Shown one piece after another: positions 34,478 to 42,974 of a stretch of 64,000 bases of DNA. The position numbers and the translations under genes were made by a program. Numbering within the stretch: the stretch's first letter is position 1; each line of letters starts with the position of its first letter. Source of the DNA: a virus; the IMG/VR virus record IMGVR_UViG_3300045988_149975, one strand, 5' to 3'. The notes under the pieces are model-generated. The model was not told where the DNA came from. It ran no database searches and was given only the letters and a program-made list of their open reading frames with translations.

Positions 34478-36443
34478 CTACTACAATACTATTACCTGCC
34501 ATTTTATAAAGCTGTGTATTACTTATTCCTTTACATACTTCAATATCCCTATCCTCAAAGCCCATAAGCCTGAAGCACTCTTTAGGAGTAAGTTTACGGA
34601 TTCTATTCTCAATTTTGTAGAGTCCTGTTTTAGCACCTAATCCACCTGCTTCACCTTTAAGAGTAACAGATAAACCGTTTACATCATACACCACCCTTTT
34701 AGCCTGTGGCATACCGCTTGTAAGTTCTGTAAGCTGTGGAACTACAACACCTGTTGCAATTCTATCATCATTTTGTAAGAAATTTGCTTGTGAAGTTTTA
34801 TAATAATTAGCTTTAATAGTTCTACAAGTACCATCCTTTTCAGTACCATAGGGCGTAACAGATTTAAAATGTTTGATGTAATCTTTAACTTTATCATCTC
34901 GCATAAAGTATCTATCCTCTACCTCATTTTCAAGCACATCCTTTAGACTTTTAGTAAGTGGAAACGGCGCAGGAAAGTTAAAACCTTTATCAATATCTTT
35001 CCTAATAGATATTATAAATACTCTTTCTCTCCTTTGAGGTATTCCATAATCTGCGGCATTTAATACCTTCCAATAATTATTATACCCCATCTCACTTAAA
35101 CAGTCAAGTATATAATTAAATTCTTTTGTAAATTTTTTACCAGTGAGATTTTTAACATTCTCACATACTGCATATTTAGGTTTGACAGCATCGATAATCC
35201 TTAAAGCGTCAAACACTAATCCGCTACGAGTTTTTTCACCATTATATTCCAACCCCATTTTCTTACCACTTACAGAAATATCTTGACAATTATGCACTAT
35301 AATGTTATTGACAGTATATGAATTATCATTTTCAACTTCAAGATTGAATACCTCGATAGGCTTTTCAATCATTTCAATAGCTTTAATAGGTACTGCTATT
35401 TTATCTCCTATAACTAATTGATGCAATGCTCTATCAGAAAACTGCGCATTATAACAATCTTTAAAACTATCTTTTTGTCTATCTTTTCTAATACTTGTTG
35501 TAGGTACTACATTATAAAGTTTAATAACAATTCTACACAACTGTAAAAACATCTGCTCATTTATAGTGCTAAACATAAAAGTTGCTCTATCTTTTCTTCT
35601 ATGCCCATCACCACTCATATAACCATCGAAGAATTTAGATAACTGTTCTTTATTTAAAGACACAACCCAATCAGGAATTTTCTTAATACCTGCTCCACTA
35701 CCACAACTATGTATTACAGATTCTAATTTATCATCTATAATTCTGAAGTCAATACACGTTCTTTTACTATGTCCTTCATTATATCTGATATTAGTTAAAT
35801 GTTTTATAAATTCCTCTTTCTTACCTGAACCAATACAAAATATGGGACGTTTCTGATAAAGTTTTTCACAATAACCGTCTGCAAAATATCTACCAAAAAG
35901 CCATAGCCTATCATCATCTAAATCTGTATAGGCAGACTCTGTATTTATATTATAGGTAATGAAATCTGTAAGTTTTAGATCTTTAGCCTTAACCCAAACA
36001 AACTCTCCATCTCTATAAACATATAAAGGATGCTCATTAGTTAAATAAAGATTATAAGCCCCTACCCCTTTAATATGTCTAATACTATTAGAAATTCTTG
36101 ACATCGTTCTTAAAACTTTTTGATAATTATTTGTATGTGTAAGTACATAATCACCTACAATTATATCTTCAATATTTTTATAACCACACTGCACTTTAAT
36201 TTTTGTTCCAGCAGGAACACATGGAAATCCATAAGTTACTAAATCTACTCCAGGAAGTTCGCCTTCATTTACTTTAGTAATATCCCAAAGGTTTAAACTT
36301 TCAGGCACGTTATGGATTAAGGAATATGCTTTACTTGCATACTTATCTACTTCACAATAGTTGACAAGGGTATAATTAATTCCCAATCTTTCAAGGGCTT
36401 TTTCAAAAGCCCCTATACCTCTAAACAAACTTAATAATTTCAT
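34428..36443 (-). CDS. DNA (cytosine-5)-methyltransferase split by an intein at the PCQ catalytic motif
   Basis: Motif I LFRGIGAF. Motif IV GFP-[intein]-CQ. C-terminal ENV and TRD. The extein totals about 360 aa. Confidence 0.75.
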   Translation of the reverse strand: MKLLSLFRGIGAFEKALERLGINYTLVNYCEVDKYASKAYSLIHNVPESLNLWDITKVNEGELPGVDLVTYGFPCVPAGTKIKVQCGYKNIEDIIVGDYVLTHTNNYQKVLRTMSRISNSIRHIKGVGAYNLYLTNEHPLYVYRDGEFVWVKAKDLKLTDFITYNINTESAYTDLDDDRLWLFGRYFADGYCEKLYQKRPIFCIGSGKKEEFIKHLTNIRYNEGHSKRTCIDFRIIDDKLESVIHSCGSGAGIKKIPDWVVSLNKEQLSKFFDGYMSGDGHRRKDRATFMFSTINEQMFLQLCRIVIKLYNVVPTTSIRKDRQKDSFKDCYNAQFSDRALHQLVIGDKIAVPIKAIEMIEKPIEVFNLEVENDNSYTVNNIIVHNCQDISVSGKKMGLEYNGEKTRSGLVFDALRIIDAVKPKYAVCENVKNLTGKKFTKEFNYILDCLSEMGYNNYWKVLNAADYGIPQRRERVFIISIRKDIDKGFNFPAPFPLTKSLKDVLENEVEDRYFMRDDKVKDYIKHFKSVTPYGTEKDGTCRTIKANYYKTSQANFLQNDDRIATGVVVPQLTELTSGMPQAKRVVYDVNGLSVTLKGEAGGLGAKTGLYKIENRIRKLTPKECFRLMGFEDRDIEVCKGISNTQLYKMAGNSIVVDVLYYIFKELFKNENR
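35289..36221 (-). mobile_element. LAGLIDADG-type intein (about 311 aa) inside the C5-methyltransferase
   Basis: Starts CVPAGTKIKV directly after GFP. LWLFGRYFADGY and LSKFFDGYMSGDGHR. Ends NNIIVHN followed by CQ. Confidence 0.7.
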
Positions 36444-36609
36444 TCGATAACCTCAATTTCATCTACCTGAAAATCTCTAATAATGCTAATGAAATTTAAA
36501 GCGCCGCCGAAGTGGTTATAGAGTTTATCTAATACTTCTTTCTCACTGTCGGCTAATACAATATACTGTTCTAACTTTCCATCATAATAAAATAGAATTA
36601 CACCATAAG

Positions 36610-36795
36610 TCATTTATTTTTCTCCTTTAAAATAATATCATAGCCTTTTACTCTTACTTCATTAATTAAATAATTTTCTACAACATCTCCGTATTTCTCA
36701 TTAATGTAATCTCTTACTTCCTTTCTGCTTTTAGCAGCATGGGTCATAATAACTTTATCACCGTAAAAATCCATCTGAACTAAATAGAGTTTCAT
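36610..36795 (-). CDS. hypothetical protein
   Basis: 61-aa ORF. Confidence 0.3.
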   Translation of the reverse strand: MKLYLVQMDFYGDKVIMTHAAKSRKEVRDYINEKYGDVVENYLINEVRVKGYDIILKEKNK

Positions 36796-37082
36796 TATTC
36801 CTCGCCTCCAATGTTTAACTCTTCTAATGCGTTAAATAAGATGTCATCCATTATTATAAGTCCTTCTTTGAGGAAAAGGTTATCTCCAATCTGACTAAAC
36901 ATTTGTCTTATAAGGTCATAGTCATCTCTTCTGAAAAGCTCTATATCCTCATTATATAACCCATTAATGCCCATTTTAACAGGGGTACTTGCCATAATCA
37001 GATAGTCGCCATTATAGCTATCTCTTACCCAAATTCTTTCAACTTCTACAATATCCTGCTGTTTTAAAAGCTGTACTAACAT
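36795..37082 (-). CDS. hypothetical protein
   Basis: 95-aa ORF. Confidence 0.35.
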   Translation of the reverse strand: MLVQLLKQQDIVEVERIWVRDSYNGDYLIMASTPVKMGINGLYNEDIELFRRDDYDLIRQMFSQIGDNLFLKEGLIIMDDILFNALEELNIGGEE

Positions 37083-37591
37083 TTTACCTGTCCCTCCAAA
37101 ATTTCTTTATAAAAATCATATTTACCATCTTTATCAGTAGTATAACTTCTGCCTGTAAGATGTACACCATCACTTAATAAAAACTTTTTAAAGTAATCAA
37201 TCTTTTTAAGGGTTCTCTTATCAAGTTTTCTATAAACTTCATCAAAATATTTACTGCAATTAAAGTTATAAACAATAGGGATTACTTTACGATTAAACCA
37301 TCTACGCTCTAAAACGTATCTAATAAGCTGTAAACCTTGTGCAACAGCCCTTGCAGCCCTATTAACATGATTACTGTAGTCAATCACTGTAATGTGACGA
37401 CCCATGGCAAGGTTAAGCAGAAAATCATTATCCAAATCCTGAATAACCATATCCCAATTCTTTTGTTCACATTGAGTAGATTGAATACGAATAAATCTTA
37501 CACTGCCAATAGGTTTACAGATTGTTTTTTCCTCATGTAATTCCCAATCCTTTAAGTATTCAATACCATTAGTAAGATTTAAGTAAATCAT
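37076..37591 (-). CDS. hypothetical protein
   Basis: 171-aa ORF. Confidence 0.4.
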   Translation of the reverse strand: MIYLNLTNGIEYLKDWELHEEKTICKPIGSVRFIRIQSTQCEQKNWDMVIQDLDNDFLLNLAMGRHITVIDYSNHVNRAARAVAQGLQLIRYVLERRWFNRKVIPIVYNFNCSKYFDEVYRKLDKRTLKKIDYFKKFLLSDGVHLTGRSYTTDKDGKYDFYKEILEGQVKC

Positions 37592-37665
37592 TTTATCACC
37601 TCATTAATAATGCCTTATCTTTGTACTTATTATAGCAAAGATAAGGCATCTTGTCAATAGGTAAA

Positions 37666-38130
37666 TTACATATTTTTTACTACACTTACATAATATCTAA
37701 AGGCTTTTCCTGGGGGAACATCTTTATCTGTAAGCCAAAGTTTAGTATAATTTACATAATAATCCGTATTATCACCAAATAAAGGCTTTAAATCACTGTA
37801 AGCCATATTAAGAACATAATACCAATCATAACTATTAAAATGTTCTTTATTAAAATCTATACCTGCTTTTTGTGCAAGTTGAATAGACTGTTCCACAGTC
37901 CAATGTCCACCCCTTGTACCGTCAACATTTTCCATTCCCCTTACAGCTTCGTCAGCAAGCATGGGAGTAAAACATTCACCATAAATAGCAGTATAGATGG
38001 CTTTGAACAGTTTTAAAGATTCTTCTTTATGCTCTTCAAAATAATTTTTAAAAAAAGTCATCATGAGTTTTAAAGCATCAGGATTACTTTCTGCTGCTGT
38101 AATTAAAGATTTAATATCCATAATTTGCAC
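37666..38130 (-). CDS. hypothetical protein
   Basis: 154-aa ORF downstream of promoter 37629-37657. Confidence 0.4.
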   Translation of the reverse strand: MQIMDIKSLITAAESNPDALKLMMTFFKNYFEEHKEESLKLFKAIYTAIYGECFTPMLADEAVRGMENVDGTRGGHWTVEQSIQLAQKAGIDFNKEHFNSYDWYYVLNMAYSDLKPLFGDNTDYYVNYTKLWLTDKDVPPGKAFRYYVSVVKNM

Positions 38131-38296
38131 TACCTTTCTTTCCTTCTAAAATATCATCAAAGAAATTCATAAAATTACTACCATAACCCTCAAAACATTC
38201 TTTATATATATCAGGGTCTATAATAGCCTTTTTGAACTTATCACACCCATAAGTATAGTTGAAATTTCTAAAGTATTTACACTCCCTGCACCGCAT
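38111..38296 (-). CDS. hypothetical Cys-rich protein
   Basis: 61-aa ORF. Confidence 0.3.
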   Translation of the reverse strand: MRCRECKYFRNFNYTYGCDKFKKAIIDPDIYKECFEGYGSNFMNFFDDILEGKKGSANYGY

Positions 38297-38480
38297 AGAA
38301 CTTTACCTCTTTTCCTGCATATAATTCAACCCAATCCTTTAACTCTACTATACAATCAAGTATATATGTTTTACCGTTTATTACAATATATACATCTTTT
38401 CCTGCCCTTAATCCAAGTAAATCATTGGATTTTAAAGTAATATCAGTATTAGAAGGTTTATAATTCATTTGTTTCTCCAT
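38277..38480 (-). CDS. hypothetical protein
   Basis: 67-aa ORF. Confidence 0.3.
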   Translation of the reverse strand: MEKQMNYKPSNTDITLKSNDLLGLRAGKDVYIVINGKTYILDCIVELKDWVELYAGKEVKFYAVQGV

Positions 38481-38667
38481 ACAAGATTACCTCACCATTA
38501 ATAAAATCTAAATCATCAATGTATGTACAAAAATTTTCATATTTACTATCAATACTAATAAAACATTCTACATTCCCTTGCTTATCTCTTACTTCAATGA
38601 GTGCATCAATAAGTTCATTTAATTTCATTAGAAATCCTCTCCTTTGCAATGTTGAAATAATTTTCAT
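38458..38667 (-). CDS. hypothetical protein
   Basis: Probable start MKLNELID with RBS GGAGAGG; overlaps the methyltransferase stop. Confidence 0.3.
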   Translation of the reverse strand: MKIISTLQRRGFLMKLNELIDALIEVRDKQGNVECFISIDSKYENFCTYIDDLDFINGEVILYGETNEL

Positions 38668-39326
38668 CTTTTTCTATTCCAATAAACTTACGATTATTCT
38701 TTAAAGCTGCTACACCAGTGCTACCACTACCCATACAATTATCCAATACTACATCACCTTCACTTGTATAAGTCTTAATAAAGTATTCAAGCAATGCAAC
38801 AGGTTTTTGTGTAGGATGTAATCTACATTTATCTTTATTAAAATCTAATACATCTACTGGATAGCGTTTTCCATCATTTACCGTTACTACTGATACTTGC
38901 TCTCCATAATTACTACTACCTCTACCACTTTTGCAGGTATAAGGTTTCCCTTCTCTAAATTGTGGATGGTACGGGGGGGGAGGAATAGAATACTAAAATA
39001 TTTTCATGGTTCTTTAAAGGCATTTTCTTTGCGTTTAAATGTCCTGTTCCCTGTGGTTTACGCCATATCCACTCATACTTGAGATTTTTGATATTGCTTA
39101 CACCTAATACCTTATCAAAAGGAGTCTGTGCAAAGAGTAGGATAGCACCATTATCTTTTATAATACGATTATATTCTTTCCACATTAAGTCCAAATCTAT
39201 AACACTATCCCATTTATTCCTTGTAGTACCAAAAGGCGGATCACAAAGAATTAAATTAACACACTTATCAGGTATATCTTTCATTACCTCTAAACAATCA
39301 CCTAAATACAATTTTAGTTTATCCAT
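38615..39326 (-). pseudogene. beta-class N6A/N4C DNA methyltransferase, frameshifted at a C8 homopolymer (candidate phase-variable gene or homopolymer sequencing error)
   Basis: N-terminal frame ends at 38955 and carries ...LILCDPPFGT... Coding-strand C8 at plus 38973-38980. With C7 the frame continues ...RLHPTQKPVALLEYFIKTYTSEGDVVLDNCMGSGSTGVAALKNNRKFIGIE... to a stop at 38615. Confidence 0.7.
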
Positions 39327-39886
39327 CTAACTACAGTTTCTCCTTTAAATCCCTTTTCCCAAATAAACCAAGCATAAGCAATCGCATTGGATGGGTATTT
39401 ATCAAAATCACCATTCTTTGCGCAAGAAAGCCTACCCCTTGCAACATATACATACTTTGGTGGATTTTCTTTATAAAATTCTCCACGCTCTTTGCCTTCT
39501 AAAAATTGAAGGCGTAAAAAGAACGCTACAGAGTTACCTTTAGGAATAATATCTAATGCGTGTTTCACAAATGGAAGTGCTTGTTTGTAAGGAGGATTAG
39601 AAACAATATCTCCGCCCCATTCAGTCACATCAAAGAAATTTTGTACCTTACCATATCCTCTATCATAAAGGTCAATACTTTCTACAATATAGTTAGCTTT
39701 TTCTAACTCTTTACTGATATGCCCCTCACCACAACAACACTCTAAAATTTTCGGAGCAAATTTGTACTCTGCAAGTAGTAATTGTACTGCTTTAGGCTGT
39801 GTAGCATAGTAATCCTCTAATTGCCTTTCTTCCCTTGAATGATTACTTGCACCAAGAGTTACATATACATTATGCTTTCCGTTCAT
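39314..39886 (-). CDS. phage Dam-like N6-adenine DNA methyltransferase
   Basis: EDYYATQP (DxxYTP-type motif), FxGxG-like CCCGEGH, IVSNPPYK. Confidence 0.6.
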   Translation of the reverse strand: MNGKHNVYVTLGASNHSREERQLEDYYATQPKAVQLLLAEYKFAPKILECCCGEGHISKELEKANYIVESIDLYDRGYGKVQNFFDVTEWGGDIVSNPPYKQALPFVKHALDIIPKGNSVAFFLRLQFLEGKERGEFYKENPPKYVYVARGRLSCAKNGDFDKYPSNAIAYAWFIWEKGFKGETVVRWIN

Positions 39887-40214
39887 ACTTAACCTCCAAT
39901 TTTACTTTAGTGCTAAATTCAGAGTCTTTCAATGCTTCAATTCTTTCTTTCAAATACTTACAGCAATTTTCCTCTGTCATTGTTTTAATAAATTCGCAGT
40001 TCTGTAACAAAACTTTCATTAAATAATCTTCAGTAGGGCAAAAATCGTACATTTTATCACTATGCGCTTTAAGCACATACCTATCGAATGTTACTGTTAA
40101 ATCAGTAATATAGCTACTTCCATAATCACAAGTGGGGCAGCCTTTAAAGGCTTCTTTATCATAATCAATGTTTACAATACCACCGTCTACTAATTTCATT
40201 AAATAATCTTTCAT
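39870..40214 (-). CDS. hypothetical Cys-rich protein
   Basis: CPTCDYG...C...CC. Confidence 0.35.
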   Translation of the reverse strand: MKDYLMKLVDGGIVNIDYDKEAFKGCPTCDYGSSYITDLTVTFDRYVLKAHSDKMYDFCPTEDYLMKVLLQNCEFIKTMTEENCCKYLKERIEALKDSEFSTKVKLEVKYERKA

Positions 40215-40721
40215 TTTTTAATCTCCTCAAATATAATTTGTTTTGGTAAAATATTATGACATACATATACGCTTGAAAACGGTGGATTAAGAGATGGTTT
40301 TTGTTCTCTATAATCTTTGAAGTATGCAACTCTCTTATTAAAGTACATAATTTCAAAGTCATTATCTTTGAACATATTAAATCTCTTTTGGCTTTCAAAT
40401 AATCCTACAACACCTACAAGCATTGCAAAGGGTTTACCAATCTCAAACAGCCTTTGTAATACCTCGCCCTTTAAAGAATAGGGAGGATTACTTATAATAT
40501 AATCACAATCAGGAATAGGCTCTTTAAAGAAATCTTTACCCTCATTTATATGTGAGTGTATAACCTCATTTCCCCCCCCCTAAAATCTTTACAAAATTCG
40601 ACTCTTCAGTATCAAAGGGACACCAAATTGTAGAACCAGGTTTTAGATATTTAATTAAAGGTTCAATAGCATATACAGGAGTGTAAAATTCATCATTACC
40701 GCTGCTTGCCACTTTATCCAT
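40211..40721 (-). pseudogene. phage Dam-like N6-adenine methyltransferase, frameshifted at a G9 homopolymer
   Basis: N-terminal fragment MDKVASSGNDEFYTPVYAIEP...ILGGGK stops at 40566. Coding-strand G9 at plus 40572-40580 (C9 on plus). With G8 the frame continues ...DCDYIISNPPYSLKGE... to 40211. Confidence 0.7.
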
Positions 40722-40723
40722 TT

Positions 40724-41071
40724 TCATTCCTTATCATACCTTTCTACGTTAGGTTTATCAAAAGTTTCCCACTTATAAGCACGCCAACCAGTTATAATAG
40801 AACCGTTACTCGCTACTACATAACAAAAATCACATTGACGCATTGGTATTCTTACACACACTTTTATAATCTTATCACCACTCATTGCCATTTCAAAAAC
40901 CATATTTTTTGAAAGTTTATCCTTTTGTACAAGCGGTAATCTTTTTTGTCTTGCCCTTACCATAAAATGATGAGTAAAATTTACCCTTTCAAAGCCATCC
41001 CAAAACTTCTGCATATCTACTTTAGGCATAAATATATTTTTGTGATACAGTTTCATAATAACAACCTCCAA
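40724..41071 (-). CDS. hypothetical protein
   Basis: 115-aa ORF. Confidence 0.4.
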   Translation of the reverse strand: MEVVIMKLYHKNIFMPKVDMQKFWDGFERVNFTHHFMVRARQKRLPLVQKDKLSKNMVFEMAMSGDKIIKVCVRIPMRQCDFCYVVASNGSIITGWRAYKWETFDKPNVERYDKE

Positions 41072-41152
41072 TCTTTTCTATGGTTTTATTATACACTACT
41101 ATTATCACTATGTCAATACCTTTTAATAAAAAAGCCGCCCAAAATCGAGCGG

Positions 41153-41464
41153 CTATTTAGTTAAAGTTTCTTTTACATAAATCTTATATTTAGAATTGCC
41201 ATAAGTAGAACTTTCAAATGTATTTGTTGGAATTTTAAAAACACTTTGAAAATTCTCACCAACTGATGATGTGTCTATACAAATAAAATAATCCTTGCTT
41301 ATATAGACAATAAAAGCACAAGTGAGAAAATCCTTTCCCTCATCTATTAATATTCTAACAGGGAAATTGTTACTAACATATATACAACTCATTAAAAATA
41401 ATAAGTTGCCATTATTAGGAACATATTTATCCCCATTCTCACTAATAATATATTCGGGAAACAA
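41153..41464 (-). CDS. hypothetical protein
   Basis: 103-aa ORF. Confidence 0.35.
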   Translation of the reverse strand: MFPEYIISENGDKYVPNNGNLLFLMSCIYVSNNFPVRILIDEGKDFLTCAFIVYISKDYFICIDTSSVGENFQSVFKIPTNTFESSTYGNSKYKIYVKETLTK

Positions 41465-41477
41465 CTCTACTCACCTC

Positions 41478-41744
41478 TTAATCTTCATCTTCCAAATCAC
41501 TAACATTTATAAAATCAATAGTTTTAACTGTAGCAAGATTTACATATTTTAAAATATAATTATCTTCAAATACTGTTAAATCCTTGTCATTAATCGTAAA
41601 ATCTTCACGATCAGCATAAAGTTCCTCCATGTCATTATTAGCATAAGTAATTAAAATCTGTACCATTATATATTCCTCCTTAATTAAAACCCATAATAAT
41701 GGTGCATAACACCAAGCGCAAAACCTACAACACCACCAAACCAA
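41478..41744 (-). CDS. hypothetical protein
   Basis: 88-aa ORF downstream of promoter 41816-41844. Confidence 0.35.
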   Translation of the reverse strand: MVWWCCRFCAWCYAPLLWVLIKEEYIMVQILITYANNDMEELYADREDFTINDKDLTVFEDNYILKYVNLATVKTIDFINVSDLEDED

Positions 41745-41890
41745 AAGTAACCATTCGTAAATACTTCTTTAACTTTATTATATAATTCCACTCTTTTCAC
41801 CTCCATTATGTGCTTATTATAACATATTTTTACTGAAATGTCAAGTAAAATTTATTCCACACTTTGACGCATTTTTATTCCACACTTTGG

Positions 41891-42964
41891 CTATTCATTG
41901 TTTTTAAGTAAGAAATCAGGATTAATGACTTTAAAGGATATATCCTCTCTATAATTTCTTACAACAATACCTTCCCTATCTATATCATATAAAAGAGATT
42001 TACCTCTTGCTTTTTCTACAATATCATGAATAGTTGGGGGAAGTATAAAATCATTTGTAAGTACAGGAACATTGTTAAGCCCTAATTTTTTGCAGATAAA
42101 ACTTGCCTTATCTTGTTCAATGCGTAAATCATCTATAATTACATTGTAAACAAAGAAGTCATATCCTGAAACATGATATTTATTTCCTTGTATAGATTTA
42201 CCTATAATCTCACCTTGTATTACTACTTTATTAGCATTATATGTTTTAGCTATATCTTTTAAACAATCTTTTAAACCAAAACGCCTTGCCACTTCCCAAT
42301 ATGGGGAATCATCTTCTTTTCTTAACCATACATTTCTACTGCATACACCAAATTTTCCTTCATTTAAAAAATATGTAGCACTACATCCGTCTAATTTTTC
42401 AGTCATATAGAACTTAACATTGTCCTTATGCCATTTTTCATATTGATTAGGTAAATTTTGTACCCTTTCTTCATCTGTCTTATTACATATATTTACAGGA
42501 AATGAAGCATTTGTAGTTTTAAATTTCGCTAAAAGTTTTCTAAACCACCTGTATTTCATTAAAAACCGTAAAAATCTTGGGTAACTTACACTTTGTTTAA
42601 TAAGTTTTGTTTCAGCTTCAGCCTGCGGGTCATATTTAGTTATACCAAGTTCTTTTGTAACATCATCACCGATTTCATGATAACTGCCCCTTAAATAACT
42701 AATAGGTAATACCAAACCTTGTGAAATTTGCTTCCTTAATTTAATAGTTCTTACCCTGTACTTTCTATCCTTCATAAAAGCAAATTCAGGACGAGGAGGC
42801 AAAATGGAATCTACTTCTACAAAAATAACTTTATCCCCTACATTAAAATTATCAGATTTAGATACAACACATTCCCATCCCCTTACAGTAGCCTTGAGTA
42901 TTCTATCCGCATTGGGAATAGGTTCTAAACTTTCAATTCTTGCTATAGTTGCTAATTTACGCAT
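41891..42964 (-). CDS. ATP-dependent RNA ligase (Rnl family, DraRnl/Rnl5-like with N-terminal OB-like domain), putative
   Basis: Motif I TEKLDGCS, motif IV REGIVVRN, motif V KVINPDFLLK. N-terminal MRKLATIARIESLEPIPNADRI...GW..VVSK...GDKVIFVEVDSILP is typical of DRB0094-family RNA ligases. Confidence 0.5.
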   Translation of the reverse strand: MRKLATIARIESLEPIPNADRILKATVRGWECVVSKSDNFNVGDKVIFVEVDSILPPRPEFAFMKDRKYRVRTIKLRKQISQGLVLPISYLRGSYHEIGDDVTKELGITKYDPQAEAETKLIKQSVSYPRFLRFLMKYRWFRKLLAKFKTTNASFPVNICNKTDEERVQNLPNQYEKWHKDNVKFYMTEKLDGCSATYFLNEGKFGVCSRNVWLRKEDDSPYWEVARRFGLKDCLKDIAKTYNANKVVIQGEIIGKSIQGNKYHVSGYDFFVYNVIIDDLRIEQDKASFICKKLGLNNVPVLTNDFILPPTIHDIVEKARGKSLLYDIDREGIVVRNYREDISFKVINPDFLLKNNE

Positions 42965-42974
42965 TTATTATACC

